Shown here: positions 8,769 through 18,372 of the stretch, piece after piece
How the letters are laid out: each line of letters begins with the position of its first letter
Numbering within the stretch: position 1 is the stretch's first letter
DNA from: Candidatus Saccharimonadota bacterium
Lineage (GTDB): Bacteria > Patescibacteriota > Saccharimonadia > Saccharimonadales > Saccharimonadaceae
NCBI GenBank assembly: GCA_017516075.1
Contig: JAFWDS010000021.1
Span: 17,151-81,150, forward strand
Direction: 5' to 3'
DNA length: 64,000 nt
The notes under the pieces: model-generated
Seen by the model: only the letters and a program-made list of their open reading frames with translations
The model's database searches: none
Told to the model about the DNA's origin: nothing
Made by a program: the position numbers and the translations under genes

Positions 8769-9220
8769 TGTTTCATAAAGTAATAAAACTAGAATATAAA
8801 GATAACGTTACTCTAGAAATGACTTTTCAAGATGGTAAAGTTATGCGTTATGACATGTCAGTTCTTTTTGATAAATATCCAGCACTTAAGGCTCTCAAAA
8901 ACAGAGATTTATTCCTGTCCGGTAAAATGAGTTCTTATGGCATCCGCTGGAACGATGATTTAGATATAGAAGCCGAAACTATCTATCAAGATGGCGAATT
9001 GGTTCGCACTACCAAACTCCCCATCAATTTTGAAATAGCCTATATGGTCAGCTCGGCAAGAGCTAAATCTGGTTTGTCGCAAGCAAAACTCTCCGAATTA
9101 ACCGGTATAGATCAAGCAGACATTTCCAAGATAGAAAACGGCTTATCTAATCCATCCATCTCTACGCTTGAAAGAATTGCAAAAGCTCTTCGGGCTGATT
9201 TGGAAATATCGATTAAGTAG
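8768..9220 (+). CDS. DUF2442 + XRE helix-turn-helix protein (putative antitoxin)
   Basis: TAATG coupling to upstream gene; L.F.DG..(Y)D...GI.W.DDLDI..E.IY N-domain; GLSQAKLSELTGIDQADISKIENGLSNPS HTH. Confidence 0.8.
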   Translation: MFHKVIKLEYKDNVTLEMTFQDGKVMRYDMSVLFDKYPALKALKNRDLFLSGKMSSYGIRWNDDLDIEAETIYQDGELVRTTKLPINFEIAYMVSSARAKSGLSQAKLSELTGIDQADISKIENGLSNPSISTLERIAKALRADLEISIK

Positions 9221-10604
9221 TCGCAGTTCTTTGCTTTTCTGCCTGAACTACATCGTTTATGATCTTCGCCGCTTCATGAATCTGGGCCTCGTCGTTAGTC
9301 TCACCAAGAGTAATACGAAGCGAACCTGCAATTTGCGAATCGGAAAGCCCTATTGCTTTTAAAACATGCGAACGCACGCCTTTAGAAGCCGCGCAAGCCG
9401 CCCCTGTAGCTACATATACTTCTTTTTCTTCAAGAAGGAACACTAATCGTTCCGCATCTATATTATTATAGCATATAACTGCAAAATTGTCAAGAGAGTG
9501 CTTCTTGTTGATAAGCTCATACCCCTGTAATTCTTCGAGCAAAATCTTGCGCCATGAAGCGTATTTTTTACGATTGCCGTTTAGATGCTCCTTAGCGAGT
9601 TCCACCGCCTTCGCAAACCCAATCACGCCTGACACGTTTTCCGTACCAGAGCGCAGCCCATTTTCCTGCCCACCACCCATGGTTAATGGCTTCAGTCTTG
9701 CGTCATGTGATACATACAAAGCCCCCACGCCTTTCGGTCCATAAATCTTAGCCGAGTTTAGAGTAAGTAAATCCACACCTAAACGTGCAACATTAATATC
9801 TAGTAGATTCAATGCTTGCGAAGCATCAGAATGCAGCAATAGCTGCTTCTTAATTCCCCGTTTCATTCTATCAATCTTAATCTCGCGAATAATCGAAGCA
9901 ATCTCCGCCATCGGCTGAATCGTCCCCAACTCATTATTCACCAGAGCCACGGATATCAACTCCGTCTCATCAGAAATCTTGCTTCGCAAATCTTTCAAAT
10001 CGATTAGTCCATTTGAAAGCACGCGAACACTCTGTCCTCCGTACCTCTCCGCAACGCGCCTGATGGAATCATGCTCTGTTTCCAGATATAACACGGAAGC
10101 GCGGGTGGCTGAAACCTGTTTTTTCGGATGCATAACATGATTTGAATTTTCAACACGTATATTCCTGACGGACCCGACCGCTGTAGGAGACGATGATACA
10201 GAAAGCTTGCTTTCTGTATCTAGGCGACGCCCAGCGGACGATTTGTTTTCGACAGGTTCGTCCCGAAGGGACGGTTCTGCCGGCTGACCAGTGTATGACG
10301 TGCTTGAAAATTCAAGTCGCGCATCCGAAAAAATAGGTTCAGCCAGGCCCTGCGCCTCGGTACTAAGGCATGTAAACGCCAAATTATTCGCCTCGGTTGC
10401 GCCAGCGGTAATGACGAGGTCGGATGCTTTGGCTCCTATCGCATGCGCTATCACTGCTTTGGCGGCTTCATAATCAGAAGCAACTTTTTTAGCCGGCAAA
10501 TACGCCGCACTTGGATTAAAAAAATCAACCGCAAAATACGGCTCCATCGCCTTCAAAACTTTTTCATTTACCGGCGTTGCAGCCGCATGGTCAAGATATA
10601 TCAT
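9213..10604 (-). CDS. iscS: Cysteine desulfurase (IscS/NifS group I) with in-frame palindromic insertion
   Basis: IYLDHAAATP, ITAGATEANN, VNNELGTIQP, HSDASQA, SAKIYGPKGVGAL, GGQENGLRSGTEN, ATGAACA. Confidence 0.9.
   Translation of the reverse strand: MIYLDHAAATPVNEKVLKAMEPYFAVDFFNPSAAYLPAKKVASDYEAAKAVIAHAIGAKASDLVITAGATEANNLAFTCLSTEAQGLAEPIFSDARLEFSSTSYTGQPAEPSLRDEPVENKSSAGRRLDTESKLSVSSSPTAVGSVRNIRVENSNHVMHPKKQVSATRASVLYLETEHDSIRRVAERYGGQSVRVLSNGLIDLKDLRSKISDETELISVALVNNELGTIQPMAEIASIIREIKIDRMKRGIKKQLLLHSDASQALNLLDINVARLGVDLLTLNSAKIYGPKGVGALYVSHDARLKPLTMGGGQENGLRSGTENVSGVIGFAKAVELAKEHLNGNRKKYASWRKILLEELQGYELINKKHSLDNFAVICYNNIDAERLVFLLEEKEVYVATGAACAASKGVRSHVLKAIGLSDSQIAGSLRITLGETNDEAQIHEAAKIINDVVQAEKQRTATT
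10107..10344. mobile_element. Intragenic palindromic element, family B, with nested 75-bp module, in iscS
   Basis: Arms ggctgaaacctgttttttcggatgc / gcatccgaaaaaataggttcagcc; inner hairpin gatacagaaagc-tt-gctttctgtatc. Confidence 0.85.
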
Positions 10605-10621
10605 AAAAATATTATAACATA

Positions 10622-11215
10622 TTATTGCGCTTCTGTAAATTTACCCTCAAACATATATTCTTTTTCGTCGTCCACTAAGGTCAAAGTTTTCCGGGCCTGG
10701 TCTATGCTATATTCATATTCGTTCACTACGTCGTACAGCCATTTGGTCTCAATTTTGAGCTTCCCATCCTCAATCGCCCAGATAAAATCATAATCATTCT
10801 TATGCGAATTTGTCGTCAAAGTTCCCTTACCAATCTCGGTGAACTTCCAAATCACCGCATCGTCAGATGTACAATTCGGTATCAATTTTTCCTCTTCACT
10901 GGGGTTTTCACCGATAGAATCCGGTTCGATACAATTCGTGTTGCTATCTAGTGTCCACTCCTCCGCTTTTATCAAAAACTCCCCATCAGCGATTCTTTCA
11001 CCACCAGTATATTTTAAAACCAAAACTATTACCCCAGCAATCAAAGCCAGCACTCCAATCGCAAAAACTACCACCGATACAACAAATTTTTTCGGTTTCT
11101 TGTCTTTGTTCTCTGTTTTTTTCTCTTTAGTCGGTGATTTCGGGGCAGTCTTCCCAGTAAATGCCTGGGTCAAATCCGCCTGGCTCACCTTTTTATCTAC
11201 ATTTCCATTATCCAT
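10622..11215 (-). CDS. Hypothetical single-pass membrane protein
   Basis: 197-aa ORF, Lys-rich N-terminus, one TM helix, acidic beta-rich C-domain. Confidence 0.7.
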   Translation of the reverse strand: MDNGNVDKKVSQADLTQAFTGKTAPKSPTKEKKTENKDKKPKKFVVSVVVFAIGVLALIAGVIVLVLKYTGGERIADGEFLIKAEEWTLDSNTNCIEPDSIGENPSEEEKLIPNCTSDDAVIWKFTEIGKGTLTTNSHKNDYDFIWAIEDGKLKIETKWLYDVVNEYEYSIDQARKTLTLVDDEKEYMFEGKFTEAQ

Positions 11216-11224
11216 AACCCTATT

Positions 11225-11578
11225 TTAGCAATAGAGTTTTGATTTGACAAGCTCCAGATACGAGCGCGCCGCCTTGCGAAAATTCAACAGCTCCTCGCCT
11301 TCAATTTTTTTGTAATCCTGCTTCCCTGCCCGCTTATACACTCCGGTTGGTCGAATTTCGTAACGAATTGTCATTTCTTGTGGTATTCCGAACTTATTCA
11401 AGTACCTCTCATGCCAAATCCACACGTTACCTCGAGTCATGAAAAACTCTCTCTGGTGCCCAGCCGGAATCGGTCCAAAAATCGTCCGCCCCAGCGCCGA
11501 TTCAGCATTAATCAGCTCGTCGTAGGTAAATCTATTGGAGTAGCGCGGATTGCGGGTTAGCAATGTTTTGAGCGACAT
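11225..11578 (-). CDS. Hypothetical protein
   Basis: 117-aa ORF with GAGGAG SD, co-oriented in operon. Confidence 0.7.
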   Translation of the reverse strand: MSLKTLLTRNPRYSNRFTYDELINAESALGRTIFGPIPAGHQREFFMTRGNVWIWHERYLNKFGIPQEMTIRYEIRPTGVYKRAGKQDYKKIEGEELLNFRKAARSYLELVKSKLYC

Positions 11579-11680
11579 TCTTCAATCTCCTCTGATATAG
11601 CAGTTAATTCCTGATATACTTCAAGAGTATCTTTGGTAGCCTCAAAATCATAAGCCTCGCACTTGGCGAAGGAAGGAACT

Positions 11681-12508
11681 CTAAATACCGAAGAGTTTTC
11701 TTGCATTTTCCGTAGTCTCCTTCTCTATAATTTCGAACTTTTCGCCTAATTTTTCGCTGAGCCACGTGGCTACCTCGCGAACATAGGCCGGTTCATTAAT
11801 TATACCACGAAATTGCTTTGGAGTCAAGAAGGGAGCATCTGTTTCTAGGAGTATCCGCTCAAGTGGCGGAGTTGGCAAAGTCGAATACGTCGCAAGACCA
11901 TTGACTCCAACATAAAACTCTGTTTCATTTAAAATCCGCTTCAAAATCTTCTTGCTATCAGTAAAAGAATGCACTACGCCTCTTAATTTCGGAAAATTCT
12001 CAATCACCGGGAAAAAATCATAAAACGCCTCTCGCACATGAAAAGAAACCGGCAAATCATTGTCGATAGCGAGCTGGCACATCTGTTCAAATAGCCGAAT
12101 CTGCGCCTCGCAATCATAATCTTCATAATGGTAATCCAGCCCCACCTCCCCAATAGCCACTAAAGAAGAGGGCCTGTCATTTATGTCTCGCTTGGGGGCG
12201 CGTCCGGCCGGCCCGTCGCCACGGGCGGCCGGCGCTACCTCTCGCGCTGCCGCGCTCCGAACCCCCCTTCGCTGAGACATAAATGCCACCCCTTCTTTAG
12301 TTGCTGCTTCCGGATGAATTCCATAAGTCCAATAAACATTATCATGGCTATTAGCAAACTCCATAGCGTTCAAGGAATCTTCGTGACTGGTACCAATGCA
12401 GATTATTTTTTTGACATCTGCTTGATGGGCTCTATTGAGCATTTCGTTTGCTTGCTTTTCGGTAAAAAACTCCCTATCGTGTAGATGACAATGTGAATCA
12501 ATTAACAT
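11681..12508 (-). CDS. tatD: TatD-family hydrolase with in-frame palindromic insertion
   Basis: MLIDSHCHL, GIHP, AIGEVGLDYHY, FHVREA, GVVHSF, LLETDAPFLTP, NEPAYV. Confidence 0.93.
   Translation of the reverse strand: MLIDSHCHLHDREFFTEKQANEMLNRAHQADVKKIICIGTSHEDSLNAMEFANSHDNVYWTYGIHPEAATKEGVAFMSQRRGVRSAAAREVAPAARGDGPAGRAPKRDINDRPSSLVAIGEVGLDYHYEDYDCEAQIRLFEQMCQLAIDNDLPVSFHVREAFYDFFPVIENFPKLRGVVHSFTDSKKILKRILNETEFYVGVNGLATYSTLPTPPLERILLETDAPFLTPKQFRGIINEPAYVREVATWLSEKLGEKFEIIEKETTENARKLFGI
12179..12284. mobile_element. Intragenic palindromic element, family A, in tatD
   Basis: 11-bp inverted repeat atttatgtctc / gagacataaat; core ggggttcggagcgcggcagcgcgagag...cccgtggcgacggg on the - strand. 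Confidence 0.85.
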
Positions 12509-12524
12509 AAAGAGATTATATCAT

Positions 12525-12704
12525 AAACTAAAAAACTAATTCGAATGAGCATTGAGTAAACCCAAGAAAGTTTTTATGGAATTTAGGAAAATTTGACTCG
12601 CGAACCCTGAAGAGAGCCGTGAGACGAGCAAATTTTCCATTAAAAATTTCATAAAAACTTTCCTGGCGTGCAATGAAGTGCGAACGAGAATAGTTTTTTA
12701 GTTT
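12525..12704. repeat. Intergenic ~180-bp imperfect palindrome between typA stop and tatD promoter
   Basis: Nested arm pairs aaactaaaaaacta/tagttttttagttt, gaaagtttttatg/cataaaaactttc, ggaaaatttg/caaattttcc. Confidence 0.8.
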
Positions 12705-14593
12705 TGTATTCTATTTTCTCTTTTACGTTTAATCGGATCAAGTTGTCTCTTGCGTAATCTCAAAGACTTCGGTGTAACTTCGAGAAGTTCATCATCCAAG
12801 AGAAAATCCAAACACTGCTCTAGAGATAGCTGTGTGTATGGCGTTAACTGAATTGCCCCATCCGATGCGTGCGTCCGCATATTTGTCAGCTGTTTTTCGC
12901 GACAAATATTAATGTCCAGGTCATCCTTTTTATTGGAAAGCCCCACAATCATTCCCTGATACACTGGCACTCCTGGCGGAATAAACAGAATCCCGCGTGC
13001 CTGCGCCGAATCCAACGCATACGCAGTGGACACGCCATCTTCAAATGAAATCAATGCACCATTGCGCTCCGGTTTATAGCGATTCTCCACCGGGCGATAT
13101 CCAGATGGAATCGAGGACATTATCACGGTGCCCTTCGTTGCGGTAAGTAGACTATTGCGCAGCCCAATCAGTGCCCCAGTAGATATTTCATACACAAATC
13201 TAGTCGTACCAGATGTTGTCATATCTTGGCTTTTGAGTTCGGCTTTACGGATACCTAGCTCCTGTGATACCGCGCCTACAAAATCCGGTGCCACCTCGAT
13301 AGTCAAATCCTCAATCGGCTCTTGTTTTACGCCGTCAATCTCGCGATACACCACTTCTGGTCGTCCAACCTCAAGCTCGTATCCTTCTCGCCTCATCGTT
13401 TCAATCAAAACTGATAGATGTAACTCTCCGCGCCCTGACACCTTATACCCAAGTCCATCGGGCTGCAGTTTCAAGGCAATATTGGTCTCGAGCTCACGCT
13501 CTAACCTCTCAGCGATTTGTCGTGAAGTCGTAAACTCGCCTTCACGCCCCTTAAGCGGCGAGGTATTCGGCCCGATATAGATAGATAGAGTTGGCGCCTC
13601 AAGCTCGATTGTCGGCAACGCCTTAGGATTATCGCCAGTCGCAATCGTATCACCGATATTTGCCTCAGCTACACCGGTAATTGCCACAATATCCCCCGCA
13701 ATCGCCTCTTGCACCTCCTCCTTAGCAAGACCTTTGTAAATAAACAAATTGTCTATCTTAGCTCGCTTCTCGACGGGTCCTGACGTCGCAGTTTCCCCCA
13801 TCCTCGCAGTGACTCGGCTGGGGGTCCCCCCAGCGACGTCACCCGTCGATGGAGTATGTAATATAGTCACACTTTGGTTCTTTTTCAACTTTCCACTAAA
13901 AATCTTCCCAATACAATATTTCCCAAGATAATTATCACCAGCGAGTGCCGCCACAAGTAATTGCGCCGATTCGGAATCCGCATCCACCGAAGGTGCCGGA
14001 ATGTCGTTGATAATTGATTCAAAAATCACATGTAAATCATCGTCTAGATCGGTAGTTTTTCCGGCACGCCCTTCGCGTGCTATCGCATAATACACTGGGT
14101 AGAATAGCTGCGACTCATCTGTAGCCAGCTCCAAAAATAGCGACTCTACCTCACTCAAAACTTCATCAATTCTAGACCCAGGCTTGTCAATTTTATTTAT
14201 CACTACTACCGGCTTCAGCCCCAGCGAAAGCGCTTTTGACAACACGAATTTCGTCTGCGGCATCGGTCCCTCCTGCGCATCTACGATCAAAAGAACCCCA
14301 TCCGCCATATTCAAAGTCCGTTCTACTTCACCCGAAAAATCTGCATGCCCCGGCGTGTCGATGATATTTATCTTGTATCCATCATAATATACACAAGTCT
14401 GTTTGGCGGTAATCGTAATTCCCCGTTCATGCTCCTGGTCCATCGAATCCATAATCAGCGTTTGTGACATTTCTGCTTGATTCTCGCGAAAAGTATGCGA
14501 CTGCTTAAGAAGTCCATCCACGAGCGTGGTCTTACCATGGTCGACGTGTGCAATTATCGCCACATTCCGAATTCTATCTTTATTTAAAACCAT
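12698..14593 (-). CDS. typA: Translational GTPase TypA/BipA with in-frame palindromic insertion
   Basis: IRNVAIIAHVDHGKTTLVD, ERGITI, NIIDTPGHADFSGEVER, NKID, VSGRGELHL, LEVTPKSLRLRK. Confidence 0.95.
   Translation of the reverse strand: MVLNKDRIRNVAIIAHVDHGKTTLVDGLLKQSHTFRENQAEMSQTLIMDSMDQEHERGITITAKQTCVYYDGYKINIIDTPGHADFSGEVERTLNMADGVLLIVDAQEGPMPQTKFVLSKALSLGLKPVVVINKIDKPGSRIDEVLSEVESLFLELATDESQLFYPVYYAIAREGRAGKTTDLDDDLHVIFESIINDIPAPSVDADSESAQLLVAALAGDNYLGKYCIGKIFSGKLKKNQSVTILHTPSTGDVAGGTPSRVTARMGETATSGPVEKRAKIDNLFIYKGLAKEEVQEAIAGDIVAITGVAEANIGDTIATGDNPKALPTIELEAPTLSIYIGPNTSPLKGREGEFTTSRQIAERLERELETNIALKLQPDGLGYKVSGRGELHLSVLIETMRREGYELEVGRPEVVYREIDGVKQEPIEDLTIEVAPDFVGAVSQELGIRKAELKSQDMTTSGTTRFVYEISTGALIGLRNSLLTATKGTVIMSSIPSGYRPVENRYKPERNGALISFEDGVSTAYALDSAQARGILFIPPGVPVYQGMIVGLSNKKDDLDINICREKQLTNMRTHASDGAIQLTPYTQLSLEQCLDFLLDDELLEVTPKSLRLRKRQLDPIKRKRENRIQN
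13770..13849. mobile_element. Intragenic palindromic element (GGGTGAC...GTCAGGACCC type) in typA
   Basis: tcgacggg(tcc)tgacgtcgc / gcgacgtcacccgtcga; encodes STGDVAGGTPSRVTARMGETATSGPVE. Confidence 0.8.
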
Positions 14594-14685
14594 AAAAGAT
14601 ATTATACCACTTTTTTGCTAAAATGCCAATCCTATCAATCCTGCTAATCTCGGCAATACGTAGCTTCTCGCGAACGCTTAACGTG

Positions 14686-14711
14686 AAAAAGGGCCTCTAG
14701 ATAGAGACCCT
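14686..14711 (-). terminator. Intrinsic terminator
   Basis: - strand agggtctcta-tc-tagaggccct-tttt downstream of 14755 ORF. Confidence 0.65.
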
Positions 14712-14754
14712 CTAATTGATGCTTACGGACAAAACATATCAAAGACTTTACGAT

Positions 14755-15492
14755 TTACTCAAGCTCCTCCAGGATTCTGGTGATAAAAGCTCTATCATCT
14801 TCGTCTAGCATAGACATATCGATACTCTCGATGAATTCGTCCAAAGAAACGCCACTTGTACCACCATGGTCGATGATTTGCGCTAACGTCATGATATCCT
14901 CATAACGACCGGTGTAACCAATTTCTTTGACGAATTGCTCTGACAAACAATTGATATCACCACCGGCACACTCGAAGTCATCGATGAATCTTTCAAGACC
15001 AATATACCTGCTAGCCGATACTATGTCATCCATTGGGATGTTTTCGACTAAGGTGTCAGCCGAAATAGCTTCCGGCAAAGTCGCCAAGTTTGCCAAAAAC
15101 TTGTCTTCGTGCTCCACTAAGAACTTTTTCAGATACTTTACATTTCTGCGACTACAACGCCTTCCCTTCAGAACTTTGTTTGAATCAAGCCCCCTTTCAA
15201 CTAATTCACCCAGGTGTTCCCAGACGAAATCATCAGTCATTCTGCTAGCTATTTCTTCCATGTCAATTATGGCATCGTGCGCCATCAGAAGATCGTAATT
15301 GTAAAAGATATCTTCCGGCGTCAGGCCTCGCAGTATAATCGACCGATCGAATCCGCATTCCAGAAATGTTTTGAGGTTTAAGCTCATGTCGTAATGAACA
15401 TCCTCCGGAAAACCTTCATCCTCTAATCGTCTAGCTAAGTAGTCAAAATGTTCCTGTGCTCTTGCGATTTTTTCGAGATTCTTGCTGTCCAT
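14755..15492 (-). CDS. Acidic hypothetical protein (orphan-like)
   Basis: Long ORF with own terminator; AGGGGG SD-like site before ATG 15492. Confidence 0.7.
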   Translation of the reverse strand: MDSKNLEKIARAQEHFDYLARRLEDEGFPEDVHYDMSLNLKTFLECGFDRSIILRGLTPEDIFYNYDLLMAHDAIIDMEEIASRMTDDFVWEHLGELVERGLDSNKVLKGRRCSRRNVKYLKKFLVEHEDKFLANLATLPEAISADTLVENIPMDDIVSASRYIGLERFIDDFECAGGDINCLSEQFVKEIGYTGRYEDIMTLAQIIDHGGTSGVSLDEFIESIDMSMLDEDDRAFITRILEELE

Positions 15493-15590
15493 AGCATACC
15501 CCCTAAAAAGATCTTTGTCCCCAACCAACAACAATACAATTGTACCACATTTCTCCTAAAAAATCAAGATTTCGTGCTATAATTATAGCT

Positions 15591-15794
15591 ATGGCAAATC
15601 GCAAAAATCACCTCAACCCGAATCAAGTTTACGAGCCCCAACGCTGTTGGGTAGGCGATTCTCATAAAATCTGCTACGCTACAAAAGAAGAAGCCGAGCT
15701 CGCCGCGAGGGTCGCCGAGTACGACCACGGCGCCCCAGAACTCTCTGTTTATAAATGCGAATACGGCAACCACTGGCATCTTAGCTCAAAATAA
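15591..15794 (+). CDS. Small hypothetical protein (C-x4-H-x-H putative metal-binding motif)
   Basis: TGCTATAAT 7 nt before ATG; YKCEYGNHWHLSS C-terminus. Confidence 0.65.
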   Translation: MANRKNHLNPNQVYEPQRCWVGDSHKICYATKEEAELAARVAEYDHGAPELSVYKCEYGNHWHLSSK

Positions 15795-15956
15795 AGCTAT
15801 GCATCTGGAGAAGTAAAACAACGTACTGCTCGCCCTAAGTACTTATCATAGTCACGTGTACCAGGACAAACAAATGAATTATCTAAACGTAAACTATAGG
15901 CACTGACAGAATTTTTTCCTGTAGATGAATAATAAGTGCCATATATGCCACGATTC

Positions 15957-17759
15957 TTAAGGAGAATGGGTAGATAAGCATCGAATAGAAGCGCCAGCGA
16001 CCTTGACACTATATGCTAAACCAGCACTAAAATTATCTTCTGCGACGACTAGATGGTAAGAATGGAGTTCGTCTTTAGTAGTGGATGACCAGTAAATACT
16101 CCCCGAGCCACGCCTCATTGCCGAGGCTTCATAATAAAAGCCAGAATAAAGATAATTATTAGGAAATTTTCTGAATTCTCTATTTACGGCAAATGTATCA
16201 CTACCGCTAATCTGAGAACTAGAATAAATAAAACCGAGAAGAATCGAGAATTCGCCAGACTCGCCACCAGACGGGATATGCCATCCTTCTGGACAAAGCG
16301 AAGTGTTAGAGACACTAGTATCACTCGAAGCGTGCGGAGCAGTATCTGCAATTACGGCCGCCCAAGTATAATAATTGCCATAACTATACATACCTGCATT
16401 AGTGGTGTTATTAACGGCATCAGTAGTAGTAGGTTCCTGTGGGCGATTTTCGGACGCAGATTGGTTATTCCAGTTATTATATCGCGGCATGCGGTAAGCC
16501 GGATAGCTATCGGGGCCAATACTTATGGTGTCGTTGCTGCCATCATAACTATACAAGCTGTTAGCTGAATAATTAACAGAAATTCCTGTACTTTCCGCAT
16601 TGGCCAAACCTCCAAAGTTCCCATAAGTAGCAGATGTGCCATAGCCTTGAGCTAAAGCACCATCGGAGTTATGTTCGGCAGTATTCTCCAATCTCAGATT
16701 TTCAACCATCCAACAATTGCCATCGGCGAGTTTAGCCACAGCGTAGGTCTCATTATCTCGTAAATCGGTCAAAGCGGTCACGGCTCCAACTGGCATAGTG
16801 GTATTATTCGGGCAAGTCCATCCTTGTAGACTACCAGCAGATTCCACCCAATGCGCATAAAGCGACAGACCACTATTGTTGCCAGAATAAGCACCTTCGG
16901 TGAATTCTATGTATTCCTGTGGTCCGAGAAATCCGGTACTATCAGAATAATCAAAGGTCTTGCTCCACCCAGCAAAGCCATATCCTGCGCGTGAGAAGTT
17001 AGATGCAAGAAGAGTAGCAGATGTAGGAGAAACGCCATCGGTAGTTCCAGACTCCGGAATAGTCTGACATCCCATAGTCCCCTCAACGTTAGAGCCATTT
17101 GGATAGTAGCAAATTTTACCAGCTTCGGTGGCTTGCGGGGTAGGCGGTACTTCGCTATTCGGATGCACTAAAGTATACCTCACCTTCCCTTGATAAGTCC
17201 CAGCCTGTTGTGTAGGAGAAACAAATATTGCATAAGTAGATTGTATAGTAGAACCAATCGTATTATCAGTCTGTGCTGCAAATGTCGCAACTTGTGTATA
17301 TGTACTAGGTACAGTCCTATAGCTTCCAAATCCATTTAGTATTGTTGGAGCATAAGTTCCTTCTACTGCACTTAGTTTCATTGCCCAGTTAGATGTATTT
17401 CCACTTGTAGCAGTACCAGTTATTATATTAGAAGGAGCAGGAGTATCATTTCCTTGATACACCATTTCTGTATTACCATATGTATCTTCACTATATCCTA
17501 TTGCATATACACTATATCCATCTTTATCATTACAAAATACATTAATATTTGTGAGTCCAATGTCTGATTCATATTCATTATTACGAATAGTAGCTGTATG
17601 TTCCGTATTACCACTAACCGCTTCAGACATACTACAAGACACTGGTACAGTCACATTTACTACGTCTATTACGTCGTCGGCGAAAACGCTGTGCGCAAAA
17701 ACCAACCCAGCAAATAATACAAATAACACCAATAATGCTCTACACCTCGCATTAACCAT
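15957..17759 (-). CDS. Secreted FISUMP-domain surface protein (paralog 4)
   Basis: N-domain ~96% identical (nt) to paralog 2; FISUMP motifs; start reassigned to ATG 17759. Confidence 0.8.
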   Translation of the reverse strand: MVNARCRALLVLFVLFAGLVFAHSVFADDVIDVVNVTVPVSCSMSEAVSGNTEHTATIRNNEYESDIGLTNINVFCNDKDGYSVYAIGYSEDTYGNTEMVYQGNDTPAPSNIITGTATSGNTSNWAMKLSAVEGTYAPTILNGFGSYRTVPSTYTQVATFAAQTDNTIGSTIQSTYAIFVSPTQQAGTYQGKVRYTLVHPNSEVPPTPQATEAGKICYYPNGSNVEGTMGCQTIPESGTTDGVSPTSATLLASNFSRAGYGFAGWSKTFDYSDSTGFLGPQEYIEFTEGAYSGNNSGLSLYAHWVESAGSLQGWTCPNNTTMPVGAVTALTDLRDNETYAVAKLADGNCWMVENLRLENTAEHNSDGALAQGYGTSATYGNFGGLANAESTGISVNYSANSLYSYDGSNDTISIGPDSYPAYRMPRYNNWNNQSASENRPQEPTTTDAVNNTTNAGMYSYGNYYTWAAVIADTAPHASSDTSVSNTSLCPEGWHIPSGGESGEFSILLGFIYSSSQISGSDTFAVNREFRKFPNNYLYSGFYYEASAMRRGSGSIYWSSTTKDELHSYHLVVAEDNFSAGLAYSVKVAGASIRCLSTHSP

Positions 17760-17817
17760 AACCCTATTATAACACAAATTTTAAATATGCTATAATAAAA
17801 TTATCAATGGAGGAAAT

Positions 17818-18372
17818 ATGAATAAAAAACAGCAAGACTGGGACAAATACTTTATGGAAATTGCCGAGGCGGTTTCCATGAAATCCAAAGACCCTTCCAG
17901 CAAAATGGGTTGCGTCATAGTAGACAAGAACAAACGCGTCGTCTCTACTGGCTACAATGGTTTAGTCCAGGGTTCCCAAGAATCCAAACTGACCTTGTCC
18001 GAGCGCCCTATGAAATATTATTTTGCCATTCATTCCGAGATGAACGCTCTGATTTTTGCGCATCAAGATCTCACTGGCTGCACCGTTTACAATCGCGTCG
18101 CCACTTGTGAGAATTGTCTCAAATACTGTCTTCAGGCTGGCATCAAACGCTTTGTTTACAAAGAGCTCCGCGTGCATTCCTATTCTTCCGACCCCAAAAA
18201 ATCCATGACCAACATCGACACCGACGAAGCCGTCGTGCGCCTCCTCGCTTCTATGCCAGGTGTCGAGACTCTCAATTTATCTAATGGCAAAACTTACATC
18301 GAAGATATCATCGATTCCTACCCTGCCGATTCCCCCGAGCACGCCCGCCTCACCCAATGGATCAAATCATGA
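17818..18372 (+). CDS. dCMP deaminase (cytidine/deoxycytidylate deaminase family)
   Basis: SKDPSSKMGCVIV, STGYNG, HSEMNAL, TCENC Zn motifs. Confidence 0.85.
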   Translation: MNKKQQDWDKYFMEIAEAVSMKSKDPSSKMGCVIVDKNKRVVSTGYNGLVQGSQESKLTLSERPMKYYFAIHSEMNALIFAHQDLTGCTVYNRVATCENCLKYCLQAGIKRFVYKELRVHSYSSDPKKSMTNIDTDEAVVRLLASMPGVETLNLSNGKTYIEDIIDSYPADSPEHARLTQWIKS

